Below are positions 12,469 through 21,083 of a stretch of DNA of 64,000 bases, piece after piece. Source of the DNA: an uncultured Acidobacteriota bacterium (GTDB lineage: Bacteria; Acidobacteriota; Thermoanaerobaculia; Multivoradales; UBA5704). Made by a program: the position numbers and the translations under genes. Where the stretch lies: positions 1,984,001 through 2,048,000 of the forward strand of contig OY969474.1 of assembly GCA_963700145.1 (NCBI GenBank), read 5' to 3'. Under the pieces are notes generated by a model. That model ran no database searches. It saw only the letters and a list, made by a program, of their open reading frames with translations, and was not told the origin of the DNA. The first letter of the stretch is position 1, and each line of letters begins with the position of its first letter.

Positions 12469-13542
12469 CTATCCGTTCTTGCTCGGCCTAAATTGGCGAT
12501 GGTCGCACTCAGTGGCGAGGTGCGGCCACACAGGAGGAATCGCTACCTTCGATGCAGCCGTGGAGGTAATCACATTGTACTGGAATTCTTCGAGATCTTT
12601 CTCACACGAACCGGGAGATACTCCTTCCTCACGATACTCCTTGAACACACGGCGAGCAGCCCCAGAACTTCTGTCACTGAGGAGTTCGAAGAAGGCCTCT
12701 GAGTGGCGCTTAAGCATGGCACTGTAGCAGTTCGACGATGGTTGGGGGTTGTTTGGATTTTCCCAATGACCAACTAGAAGGGTTACCGTGCTGCTTCCGT
12801 GAGTGGGCCGCAGCGCCGCCGCCGCCTTTTGCGTTTCGCGGCCGAAGTCGAACGACTTGATTTCCACTTCGTCACCTTCGACGATCAATTCCACTACGAT
12901 CGCATCGGCCGCAGCCTGCGTGTAGTTTGGCACCAAGGTTCCGTCTGGCAACTTGAAGTTGAACGTAGCTATCCGATCTCGATCACCAGCCAGGTCAATC
13001 GTGTCGTGCAAAAGATGGCAAGTGCTGGCGCGGCCCCCCGTGATCTTGAAACGAGCACTGATCGGACAGGTCTTCGCCTCCGCAAGGCAATCCTCATTGA
13101 TCGCACCCTTCCCTGAGGTTAAGACATCCATCTCCGGTATCCAAGAGAAGTCGGAAGTCTGAATGACATCGCTTGGAAACTCTGCTGGCTTACCCTGCAC
13201 CTGAACTCTAGTCTTACGCTCCAAGGCAAAACCAGGCAGTGCTCCGTCGATTTCGAGGTGCTCTCCGTCGAGCCACCAACGAAGCTTATATCTAGCGCCC
13301 ATTTGCTCCAAAGGGCCCGGCAACCCAACTCCCGCCGCACGAACGCGCTCGGCCGCAGGTTCACGAAGACAGTTTCCGTAACATTCTCCCTCCAAAAGCC
13401 AGACCCGGGGGGCATGATCCGGAATGTGGCACTGACCCTCGTGCACTGTAGACGCCTTGATCAAAAGCGCCGTCATCCCCTTTTCGACCTGCTCATTTGG
13501 AACGAAGCCGATCAGTCCCCAAAAGATCACGCGAACGATCAT
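12469..13542 (-). CDS. Hypothetical protein coupled to the CHAT gene
   Basis: 357-aa ORF; ATGA overlap with the CHAT stop; AAGAAGGAGG RBS. Confidence 0.8.
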   Translation of the reverse strand: MIVRVIFWGLIGFVPNEQVEKGMTALLIKASTVHEGQCHIPDHAPRVWLLEGECYGNCLREPAAERVRAAGVGLPGPLEQMGARYKLRWWLDGEHLEIDGALPGFALERKTRVQVQGKPAEFPSDVIQTSDFSWIPEMDVLTSGKGAINEDCLAEAKTCPISARFKITGGRASTCHLLHDTIDLAGDRDRIATFNFKLPDGTLVPNYTQAAADAIVVELIVEGDEVEIKSFDFGRETQKAAAALRPTHGSSTVTLLVGHWENPNNPQPSSNCYSAMLKRHSEAFFELLSDRSSGAARRVFKEYREEGVSPGSCEKDLEEFQYNVITSTAASKVAIPPVWPHLATECDHRQFRPSKNG

Positions 13543-16500
13543 ATCGCCTCCTTCTTCGGTTGTGTTATCTGTGGAACTACAGCCGTATAAACCTGAAAAG
13601 CAGCCCAGTCCAGCGAACGTCGAGCGCTCTGAGGCTGCCTTTGAAGGAATTCAACCTGAGCGTGTCTAAGTGCGATGACTGGAGGAGCACCGGCGGTCAG
13701 GCGTTCATGGAATCGTTCAAGCAGGCGACGAGTACTCTGATCCTCTATGTTCCAGAGACTGGCGATCACTGTAGGCACGCCGCGCGCAAGAAGCGGCCAC
13801 ACTATCCCTCCAATCCCCTCACCGGCAGCTACTGCTCCTTCGGCGGAGCCGCAACTCGCCAGGATGACTAGCTCGGTGCCAAGTACAACGGGGCCAAGCA
13901 GTTCCCTCGAGTAGAGAACTCCCGTCCCGCTATCCCGATCCGGCGCTAAAAGCAGCATAGACTGAAGAGGCGTCCTCTTGTTGAGAACCGCATGGCCACT
14001 AAAATGAAGAATGCGATACTTGCCCAGCGCTCCCCGAAATGCGCCCCGGGTAGCATTTCGACAACACACAACACTGGGACGCCGATAGAGTCGCCCTATG
14101 CGAGTACCTTCTTCCAATGCTCCTTGCAGATCGTGGGCATCTGCGAACAGTGAACGTCGAAAGGCCGGGTTGGCTATCACGAGAATCGAACCATCCGCGA
14201 AGCCCTCGCGGGCAACGTGCTGCCCCGGCCGGACCAAGACATTGAGACTTGGCGCGACGGCAAATGGTCTCTCTTCGATCAGCGTCCGACCGGTCTGTGA
14301 ATTTACCAATGCAGCGAGCGGGAGAGAATAGAGGCTGCCATCAAGAACAAATGTGACAACCTCATCTTTCTGAAGAAGTCTGTTGAGCGGACGTATTAGT
14401 ATGTCATAGAGCCGAATGGCTTCAGGCCGAACGGCTAGTTCGTCTCTCCGAGCTAGTTTGTTGAGCCGATCAATCTGCCTCTCTAAAAGAGACGCCGTAA
14501 CCGGAATTCTTACCAACTGGACTGATGTCGATCGAACTACCCAAAGAAGCAATGTATCTCCAAGGATCTTGTAGCTAACAAGCACAAAGGGCTTATTTAG
14601 CCGCGACTGCAGGGCAGCCACGGGCCTCGGCTGAGTTGAAATATCAATCGCAAAATGGTCAAAATCATTGCCTCTGGGTAAGGCGGACAGCCAATCAAGG
14701 AGCACGCGCGCCCGGGCCCGCTCCGAGTAGTCGAAAGCAAGATCATTATCTCCTCTCTTCACCTGCAGGGCAATCATATCGTCAAACGCCGAAGCAGAGC
14801 GGCTAGAGAAAGCGAGCCTGTAACTCCCTTGTGGCAAGGAGTTACGCTCTCGTTCCAGGAGATCGATAGCCCGAGCAAGGTCCTTCACCGCGGCCGCTTC
14901 CTCATTGAGATGAAGAAACGCCTGGGCTCGCAAGCGTAGCGCGTGTGGAAGCCTGAGGTCATGCCTTCGGTACTCATGAAACCTGAGAGCGGCGCTCAGG
15001 GATGCAATTGCTCCAGCCGGGTCACGAGTCCTCCGCACCTCTCCGTCCGCCAGGAGCAAATCGGCGACCACATTCTCACGCACTGACTGATCCGCGATGG
15101 CGGAACTACGATGCCGAGCGTGCTCGAGGTCATTAAGGGCCGAACGGTACCTGCCAGCTTCAAAAAGAATTAGGCCTCGATTCAAAAGAGCCGTGGTTAG
15201 AGCAAGCGGCTCATTCGTCTTTCGAGCAAGATGTAGCGCCTCCGTTTGAATGATGACCGCCGCGTCGGTATGACCAGATTCAAGGCTGGCAAAGGCGGCT
15301 TCCGTGAGAGCGAGACGAAGGCGATTAGGATTAATAGGCTTAGCCAAAGCCTGAATAGCACGAAGGCGATGGCGCCAGGCAGCAGGAGAATCGCCGAGTT
15401 CGTGAAGGGCGCTGGCTAGAAGGATGTGCACCGCACTTTGATGTTCGCTTTCTCCAGTTTGCTGGAAGAGTGCCAAGGCAGATTGATAAGCGCGCAGCGC
15501 CTCAGCAGGGCGGGCAAGCCCTAGAAGTGCGCTGCCCAAAAGCCATTGTGACCGCCCGGCAAGAATGGGATAGCGTGATTCGTCGATATCCTTGAGAAGC
15601 GCCTTGGTCAGTCTGTAAGCGTTCGGTAGGTCCGAACGTTGGTACGCGCAGCGGGCGAGAAGGAACTCGATCCAAAGCCTGCATGGCATGCTTGGTCGGC
15701 TGCAATACGAGCGCGCGCGCGCCAATGAACTCTCAGCTTCCGAGAACTGACGTGCCTTAACGAGGGAAAGCCCTTTGCCATAATTATCGATGCCAAACAC
15801 CAGTAGTCTAAACTCCGAGCTACCCTCTTCAAGTTGATCGATAAACGCAATCATGTCGGCGACTGATCGATCACCAGAAGTCTCCACTACCTTTTCGCTG
15901 ATGACGCGGGCCGAACTGAGAGCTCTGGCCGCGGCTAATCGGTGCTCGTCCAACCAGAGGTGAGCCCATGCTAGCAAAAGACCTTCCTCCGCATATTCAC
16001 GGCTTTCCTGTCGAAAGGCATTAACTATTGAGTAAATGGCTTGTCCGTCATTGAGACGTATCGCAGCTTGGAGTCGCTGTTTTTCTTGATCCCACATCTC
16101 AGCACTCGAAAGGGATGAGCCGCCTTGCAGTGAAGCCGTAGCTTCTCTAGCCCAACCTGAGCTCCCATCGAGCTCCAAATAGCGCTGTAAAGCCTCCGCA
16201 GCCTGCGAGGGAAGAAAGAGCTTTCGACATGCCAGCGCGCGGTTAAAGAGGGCTTCCGGGCTACTGGAATCGAGGCGAGTCGCCTTTTCTGCGGCCGAAA
16301 GCGCTCCTACTAGGTTGATGGGCCGGTCGAGAGCCTCAGCGCTCGCGATGTAGGCTGCCGCAAGATCAGAGAGGATTGCGGCATTCTGGGGAACGCGTCG
16401 ACTCGCCTGTTCCAAAATAGGAACGGCCTTCTCAGGGCGGTTTGTGACGAGATATAGGAGGCCCTTTGCCTGCAGAGCTTCTGGAGTAGCTCGAAGAGAC

Positions 16501-16775
16501 GCTTCTTTATAGATCTCGCGAGCTGCCTTACGTACGGCCTGATTACCGGGGAGCGCAGAACGGCCCGAACGCAGAAATAGTCCCTGAAAGGTGGGCGCAT
16601 ACGAAAAGCCGCCTGTCAAGCGCGACTCAACCGGCCGCTCCCCACCCGCTGCTGCAACGAGAGCCCTATGGCCAGCGCCTCCGGGAGCCGTAGCAAGTAC
16701 TTTGTTTCGGGGTGGCACTAATCCACAGGCGCAGACTGCGAGACTCAGCAGCAGGGCCGAATAGCGCAATACCAT
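13539..16775 (-). CDS. TPR-CHAT (caspase-like) protease with N-terminal signal/lipoprotein-like peptide
   Basis: Helical TPR-like repeats; C-terminal CHAT with catalytic ILHFSGH and VILASCGS; SLWNIED and WAAF motifs. Confidence 0.9.
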   Translation of the reverse strand: MVLRYSALLLSLAVCACGLVPPRNKVLATAPGGAGHRALVAAAGGERPVESRLTGGFSYAPTFQGLFLRSGRSALPGNQAVRKAAREIYKEASLRATPEALQAKGLLYLVTNRPEKAVPILEQASRRVPQNAAILSDLAAAYIASAEALDRPINLVGALSAAEKATRLDSSSPEALFNRALACRKLFLPSQAAEALQRYLELDGSSGWAREATASLQGGSSLSSAEMWDQEKQRLQAAIRLNDGQAIYSIVNAFRQESREYAEEGLLLAWAHLWLDEHRLAAARALSSARVISEKVVETSGDRSVADMIAFIDQLEEGSSEFRLLVFGIDNYGKGLSLVKARQFSEAESSLARARSYCSRPSMPCRLWIEFLLARCAYQRSDLPNAYRLTKALLKDIDESRYPILAGRSQWLLGSALLGLARPAEALRAYQSALALFQQTGESEHQSAVHILLASALHELGDSPAAWRHRLRAIQALAKPINPNRLRLALTEAAFASLESGHTDAAVIIQTEALHLARKTNEPLALTTALLNRGLILFEAGRYRSALNDLEHARHRSSAIADQSVRENVVADLLLADGEVRRTRDPAGAIASLSAALRFHEYRRHDLRLPHALRLRAQAFLHLNEEAAAVKDLARAIDLLERERNSLPQGSYRLAFSSRSASAFDDMIALQVKRGDNDLAFDYSERARARVLLDWLSALPRGNDFDHFAIDISTQPRPVAALQSRLNKPFVLVSYKILGDTLLLWVVRSTSVQLVRIPVTASLLERQIDRLNKLARRDELAVRPEAIRLYDILIRPLNRLLQKDEVVTFVLDGSLYSLPLAALVNSQTGRTLIEERPFAVAPSLNVLVRPGQHVAREGFADGSILVIANPAFRRSLFADAHDLQGALEEGTRIGRLYRRPSVVCCRNATRGAFRGALGKYRILHFSGHAVLNKRTPLQSMLLLAPDRDSGTGVLYSRELLGPVVLGTELVILASCGSAEGAVAAGEGIGGIVWPLLARGVPTVIASLWNIEDQSTRRLLERFHERLTAGAPPVIALRHAQVEFLQRQPQSARRSLDWAAFQVYTAVVPQITQPKKEAI

Positions 16776-16856
16776 ATCGTTCGCTACCCTTCTCCCCGCG
16801 AAGCCCGGTTCTCAAGATTCAACGCATTCACTGCCGCTCCTCCCGAGACACCTAAA

Positions 16857-17930
16857 TCATTCGTTTGCAACCTGCACTATCATCGAGCTAGAAACAGAGT
16901 TTCCGCCATGATCCCAGACGGTGACTATGACCTCGTGTGGGCCACTTCGCGATTCTAGGGTATTCCAGGCTCTGTCCCTATCGCTCTGCGTGAGCACCCG
17001 CGAGCCGTCCATGTTTGTCGCAATAATGTAAAACTTGCGCTCGGTATAACTCCCCTCAGACCGCGCGCTCGCGTCATCCTTATAGAGAGTATGCACCGCG
17101 AAAGGATCCGAACCTAGTTCACCATCAAGCACCACTATGGAACGGTAAACTTCTTGGTTGTCCTCGCTTCGTCGTACTATTACATCAATCTTGTAGGGAG
17201 CTACGTGCAAGTTCCCGGCAATGGTGTCATGGGCGAGCGCAACGATGTCTAGCCTGCCCCTCAAACTCAAAGGTGGCTGACAAGTAGCAGTTTCATTTTC
17301 ACAAAAGAGCAAAAGGTCGGTGCCTGTAGCCAATTCAAAGCTGGGGTCCGAGGTGTCCGCGTTAGGGCTTAAGTATAAGATGGGATTATCGATAGGGAAT
17401 GCTCTACTCCATCTCTTTCCCCCAAATCCTCTAACCCTGCTAAGATGAAGATGGTCGAAATTTGGCTCTGGCCAAGCTACAATCTTGCCGAGGTACGCTC
17501 CCTTTTGTACCGACTCTTCAATCGTCACGGCGATGCTGCTCCCCTCCAAGTGACAATAGACGTAACCCTCGCCACCATCAACTGGCTCCCCTATCATGAC
17601 ACATGAAAAATACTCAGACTGTGTATTGACGTATGTGACAGTGCCGTCTTCGACCGCATAAACCTCTCGAGGAGCACCCGCCAGAATATCGATGCCGTTA
17701 TGATGGTAGGGCCTGCCTTCTGGGTTCTGGTACTCACCGTAGCTATTGCCGATGGGATAGACAACATCGCCAGGGTCGAAAGGCCATCTAATTGCGGACT
17801 GTGCATTAAGAGGTGCGAGCCCCGGTTGCACGATGCTTAAAATGACGACCACTCGAGCCAGCAGTGCGCAACTGTCTGTCCATGACCCAATTCTATTGCG
17901 GAATGGCAAGGACATAGGGCTCACCATCAA
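16857..17930 (-). CDS. M23 family metallopeptidase, secreted
   Basis: HNGID (HxxxD), YCHL, HLH motifs; signal-like N-terminus; start uncertain. Confidence 0.85.
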   Translation of the reverse strand: MMVSPMSLPFRNRIGSWTDSCALLARVVVILSIVQPGLAPLNAQSAIRWPFDPGDVVYPIGNSYGEYQNPEGRPYHHNGIDILAGAPREVYAVEDGTVTYVNTQSEYFSCVMIGEPVDGGEGYVYCHLEGSSIAVTIEESVQKGAYLGKIVAWPEPNFDHLHLSRVRGFGGKRWSRAFPIDNPILYLSPNADTSDPSFELATGTDLLLFCENETATCQPPLSLRGRLDIVALAHDTIAGNLHVAPYKIDVIVRRSEDNQEVYRSIVVLDGELGSDPFAVHTLYKDDASARSEGSYTERKFYIIATNMDGSRVLTQSDRDRAWNTLESRSGPHEVIVTVWDHGGNSVSSSMIVQVANE

Positions 17931-19008
17931 GAGTCATGAAGAGTTTGGTGTTATCAACAAATTCCACGGTTGGCGTCGTCCCCTTCCATTCTTGGAAGTC
18001 CACAATTTCACGCTCTTGAAGAGTGCCCAGAAGATCGAGAATCACTATCTCAGCCTGGGCACGGCCCATCCCTGTTGACGTACGTCGTGTACTTATGGCG
18101 AGCGTGCTTACGGCGATGCGTTTTGCATCTGGCCGGAAATCGACATCTTCAAAATAGGCATTGGGCTTGGCTCGTACGCGCGATATCATTTCCCCTGTCG
18201 TGGTTCGTAGGACATACAAGTTCTCAGGGTCAATGATGACAAGGAGTGTACCGTCGTTGGAAAAGTCTACATCCGACGCAATTTTCGCGGTCGGAATGAT
18301 TACAGGCGATGGCAATGTGTCGTTGACGACAGTGACCTCTTCGGGTCGGATCAGAGCGATCGAGCGCCCGTCTGGCGATAGGCCGAAATCGAGTGCGGAC
18401 TTAAAGCGCTGGCGAACCTCAGCCGTACGGTCAAGCACTACGAGTTCGTCTTGAGTATTAACGGCGATCCGGGTTCCATCATGGTTGAGGTCCACCTTTT
18501 GAATGCCGACCTGCGATCTTGAACCTAAGACCTCGCCTTCTTTGCCATAGATCGTTAGTCGCCCTGCCGTCGGCAAGTGAATATCGCGAAGGGTTTCAAC
18601 CACCGTTGAGCCATCGTCGCTAATAGAGAAATCGGAGAACCCAGGTACGGTGACGTTCCACACAGGAAGCCAGTTCTGTAGGAACTCAAAGGTAGATATT
18701 CGCTTGCCCTCAAGAGTTTGGTAGCTCACGCGCCCTAACTGAGTTCGGTCCCGAGAAACTATTAGGCGCTGATTGCGGTCGAGTGAAATCGCGCTGGCGA
18801 TGGCGCTGTAGACCGGTGCTTTTTGATCCTTAGACAAATGAAGGTAGACATGGCCATCGCGAAACTCGATGGCAGCAACGTTGGGAGAATCCTCGTCAGG
18901 GAAGACCTTTTCCAGAGCCGGAGATCCGAGGCAGAGGTTGGGGAGTAGCACGGCGGACGCTGCTACGCCGGCTGATGCCCTAATGATGAAAGAAGCCAGC
19001 CGCCACAT
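17893..19008 (-). CDS. Secreted WD40/TolB-like beta-propeller protein
   Basis: Repeated SDDGS/NHDGT/SPDGR/SNDGT/RPDAK turns; hydrophobic N-terminus; ATG at 19008 preferred. Confidence 0.7.
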   Translation of the reverse strand: MWRLASFIIRASAGVAASAVLLPNLCLGSPALEKVFPDEDSPNVAAIEFRDGHVYLHLSKDQKAPVYSAIASAISLDRNQRLIVSRDRTQLGRVSYQTLEGKRISTFEFLQNWLPVWNVTVPGFSDFSISDDGSTVVETLRDIHLPTAGRLTIYGKEGEVLGSRSQVGIQKVDLNHDGTRIAVNTQDELVVLDRTAEVRQRFKSALDFGLSPDGRSIALIRPEEVTVVNDTLPSPVIIPTAKIASDVDFSNDGTLLVIIDPENLYVLRTTTGEMISRVRAKPNAYFEDVDFRPDAKRIAVSTLAISTRRTSTGMGRAQAEIVILDLLGTLQEREIVDFQEWKGTTPTVEFVDNTKLFMTLDGEPYVLAIPQ

Positions 19009-19077
19009 GGAGGGGCGGTGCTCGTGCCCCTTCTGAGTCACGCTATGATGCCCATAAGGTCAGCCCCGCGGTCTGCC

Positions 19078-19836
19078 ATGGATACTGTCCAGCTCATCCT
19101 CGCCAATCTCCCAAAGATCGAGACGCTCAGCCAGTACGTCTGTCGTCGCCACCACTGTGGGACGGACGAGGCGGAGGAATTCTCGGCGCACGTGAAGGCG
19201 AAGCTGGTGGCGGACGATTACGCCATCCTCCGGAAGTTCCAGGGCAAGAGCCGGTTTGAGACCTACCTTACCACGGTGATCACGCATCTGTTCCTGGACT
19301 GGCGGAATCATCTTTGGGGGAAGTGGCGGCCGTCGGCGGAGGCGCGGCGGCTGGGGCCGGAGGCGCGGAAGCTCGAGGAGCTGGCGCGGGACGGGTACAC
19401 GTTCGAGGAGTCCTGTGAGCTTCTACGCACAAACCACAAGGTGGTTCTGTCGCGGGCGGAGCTGGAGGCGCTAGCGGCTCGGCTGCCGGTGCGGCTGCCG
19501 CGGAAGATGGAGGGGGAGGAGCGGCTGGAGGGGCTGGCGGCGGGCGAACTGGGGCCGGACGAGCGCATACTGGAGCGGGAGCGGCAGGAGGCGCGGAGTC
19601 GGGTGTGGGAGGCGCTTGGGCGGGCTTGGGCGAAGTTGCCGGACGAAGATCGTCTCATCTTGAAGCTGCACTTCCAGCAGGGGATGCAGGTGGTCGAGAT
19701 CGCCCGCACGCTTCACTTGGAGCAGAAACCGCTCTACCGCCGGGTCGACCGGCTGAGGGAGACGTTACGGAAGGACCTCGAGCGGGAGGGGATCGGACGT
19801 GATCTCGTCGCTGAGGTGCTTGGAGAGGGAAAATAG
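19078..19836 (+). CDS. ECF-family RNA polymerase sigma factor
   Basis: Region 2 LRKFQGKSRFETYL...LDW; region 4 LPDEDRLILKL...EIARTL; start could be 19045. Confidence 0.85.
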   Translation: MDTVQLILANLPKIETLSQYVCRRHHCGTDEAEEFSAHVKAKLVADDYAILRKFQGKSRFETYLTTVITHLFLDWRNHLWGKWRPSAEARRLGPEARKLEELARDGYTFEESCELLRTNHKVVLSRAELEALAARLPVRLPRKMEGEERLEGLAAGELGPDERILERERQEARSRVWEALGRAWAKLPDEDRLILKLHFQQGMQVVEIARTLHLEQKPLYRRVDRLRETLRKDLEREGIGRDLVAEVLGEGK

Positions 19837-19837
19837 A

Positions 19838-19865
19838 GGAACTTCGATGAGTTGGTCCGTCCAAT
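19838..19865 (+). promoter_or_regulatory. Possible ECF-type promoter upstream of the anti-sigma gene
   Basis: GGAAC-N15-CGTCCAAT immediately after the sigma stop. Confidence 0.35.
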
Positions 19866-19897
19866 GGGCGAGGGGGAAGTAGGCTGTAGGTGAACGA

Positions 19898-20992
19898 ATG
19901 CGCGAACTGAAATATGAAGGAGTTGGTGGCGGCAGCTTCGTACATCCGGAGCTGGAGGAGATCGCGGCCTATCTCGACGGCCAGCTCTCGCGTGCGGAGC
20001 GGGCGGGAATTACGCGGCATCTGTCCGTCTGTACGGAGTGCCTCGAGCTGTTCACCGAGACCGCGCACGTGCTGCGGGAGACTAGCGCCGAGACGGCTGG
20101 AGGGGACGTAGTCCCTTTCGTTAGGCCCTCCCGGCCTTCATGGCGATGGCTGCCCTACGCGGCGGCCGCGATGGTGCTGTTCGCGCTGGCCGTACCCACC
20201 TACCGGCTTCTCCCGGAGGCGACGATCGAGGCGGCGCGCCAGCGCTTCCGGCCGATCGTCAAGACACTCGCCTTCTGGGCAGGACGGGAGATGGAGGTGG
20301 CGGAGGTCTTGGAGCCGCTGACGGCAACCAAAGACTTGGAGCAGGTGCGGGCGGAGCTGGTGCTAGCGCGGGCGGATTCGGAGCGGCCGCCCGTGATCTG
20401 GAAGGGTGAGACCTATCGCGGCGGTGAACAGCCGGAGGCAGAGGCCTTCAGAGCGCTGCAAGTGCTCGTGGGAGCTCACTTGGTCGGCTTTCAGGAAGCC
20501 CTGGAGGCGGGCGATGCCATGGCTGCCGGCGATGCGGGACGGCGGGCGGCTAATTACATGATGAGCCAGGGCATTCTTCTCGAATCGGAGGAGAAGCGCT
20601 TCAGCGACGCGGTCATCGACCTGGAGGTCAAGGGAGCTCCGACGAGTCGCTACTCGCGACTGGTTGAGCAGACCAGCCAAGCGATCGAAGACAGCTTCGC
20701 CGGGCCCTCCTACGAACTGGGGAAGTGGGCGCAGGCCGGGTACATCGCCTCGCGGATCGGGAACGGCGCCTGGTTCGAGCGCCGGGTCAACCGGCGGCTC
20801 CTCTCCTACCTGCTGCGGCAGGACGACGAGATCGACCCGGAAGCCCGGAAGGCGCTGGAGAACATCCGGCAGGTCTGGGGCCGAGGGAAGCTGCGGCCAG
20901 CGGAGATCGCCGGGCTTTCGGGGCAGTTCCAGGCGATCCTGGACCGTTACGAGGATCTCAGCGATCAGGACACGCTCTTCTATGAAGATTGA
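19898..20992 (+). CDS. zf-HC2 (ZAS) anti-sigma-like membrane protein
   Basis: HPELEEIAAYLDG...HLSVCTEC (HxxxCxxC), then a TM helix and an extracytoplasmic domain; follows the ECF gene. Confidence 0.85.
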   Translation: MRELKYEGVGGGSFVHPELEEIAAYLDGQLSRAERAGITRHLSVCTECLELFTETAHVLRETSAETAGGDVVPFVRPSRPSWRWLPYAAAAMVLFALAVPTYRLLPEATIEAARQRFRPIVKTLAFWAGREMEVAEVLEPLTATKDLEQVRAELVLARADSERPPVIWKGETYRGGEQPEAEAFRALQVLVGAHLVGFQEALEAGDAMAAGDAGRRAANYMMSQGILLESEEKRFSDAVIDLEVKGAPTSRYSRLVEQTSQAIEDSFAGPSYELGKWAQAGYIASRIGNGAWFERRVNRRLLSYLLRQDDEIDPEARKALENIRQVWGRGKLRPAEIAGLSGQFQAILDRYEDLSDQDTLFYED

Positions 20993-21083
20993 GTCCCACC
21001 GAGCCGGTGTCCACGGGAGCGGACGTTCCATCCCAGGCGCCGGGAATTGACCTCCGAAGGCCGGGAAATAAGTCTCCGAGGCC

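Larger units (their letters stand above)
12340..19040. other. Lower-GC, probably horizontally acquired gene block
   Basis: Abrupt increase in A/T-rich codons by eye relative to both flanks; boundaries approximate. Confidence 0.7.
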
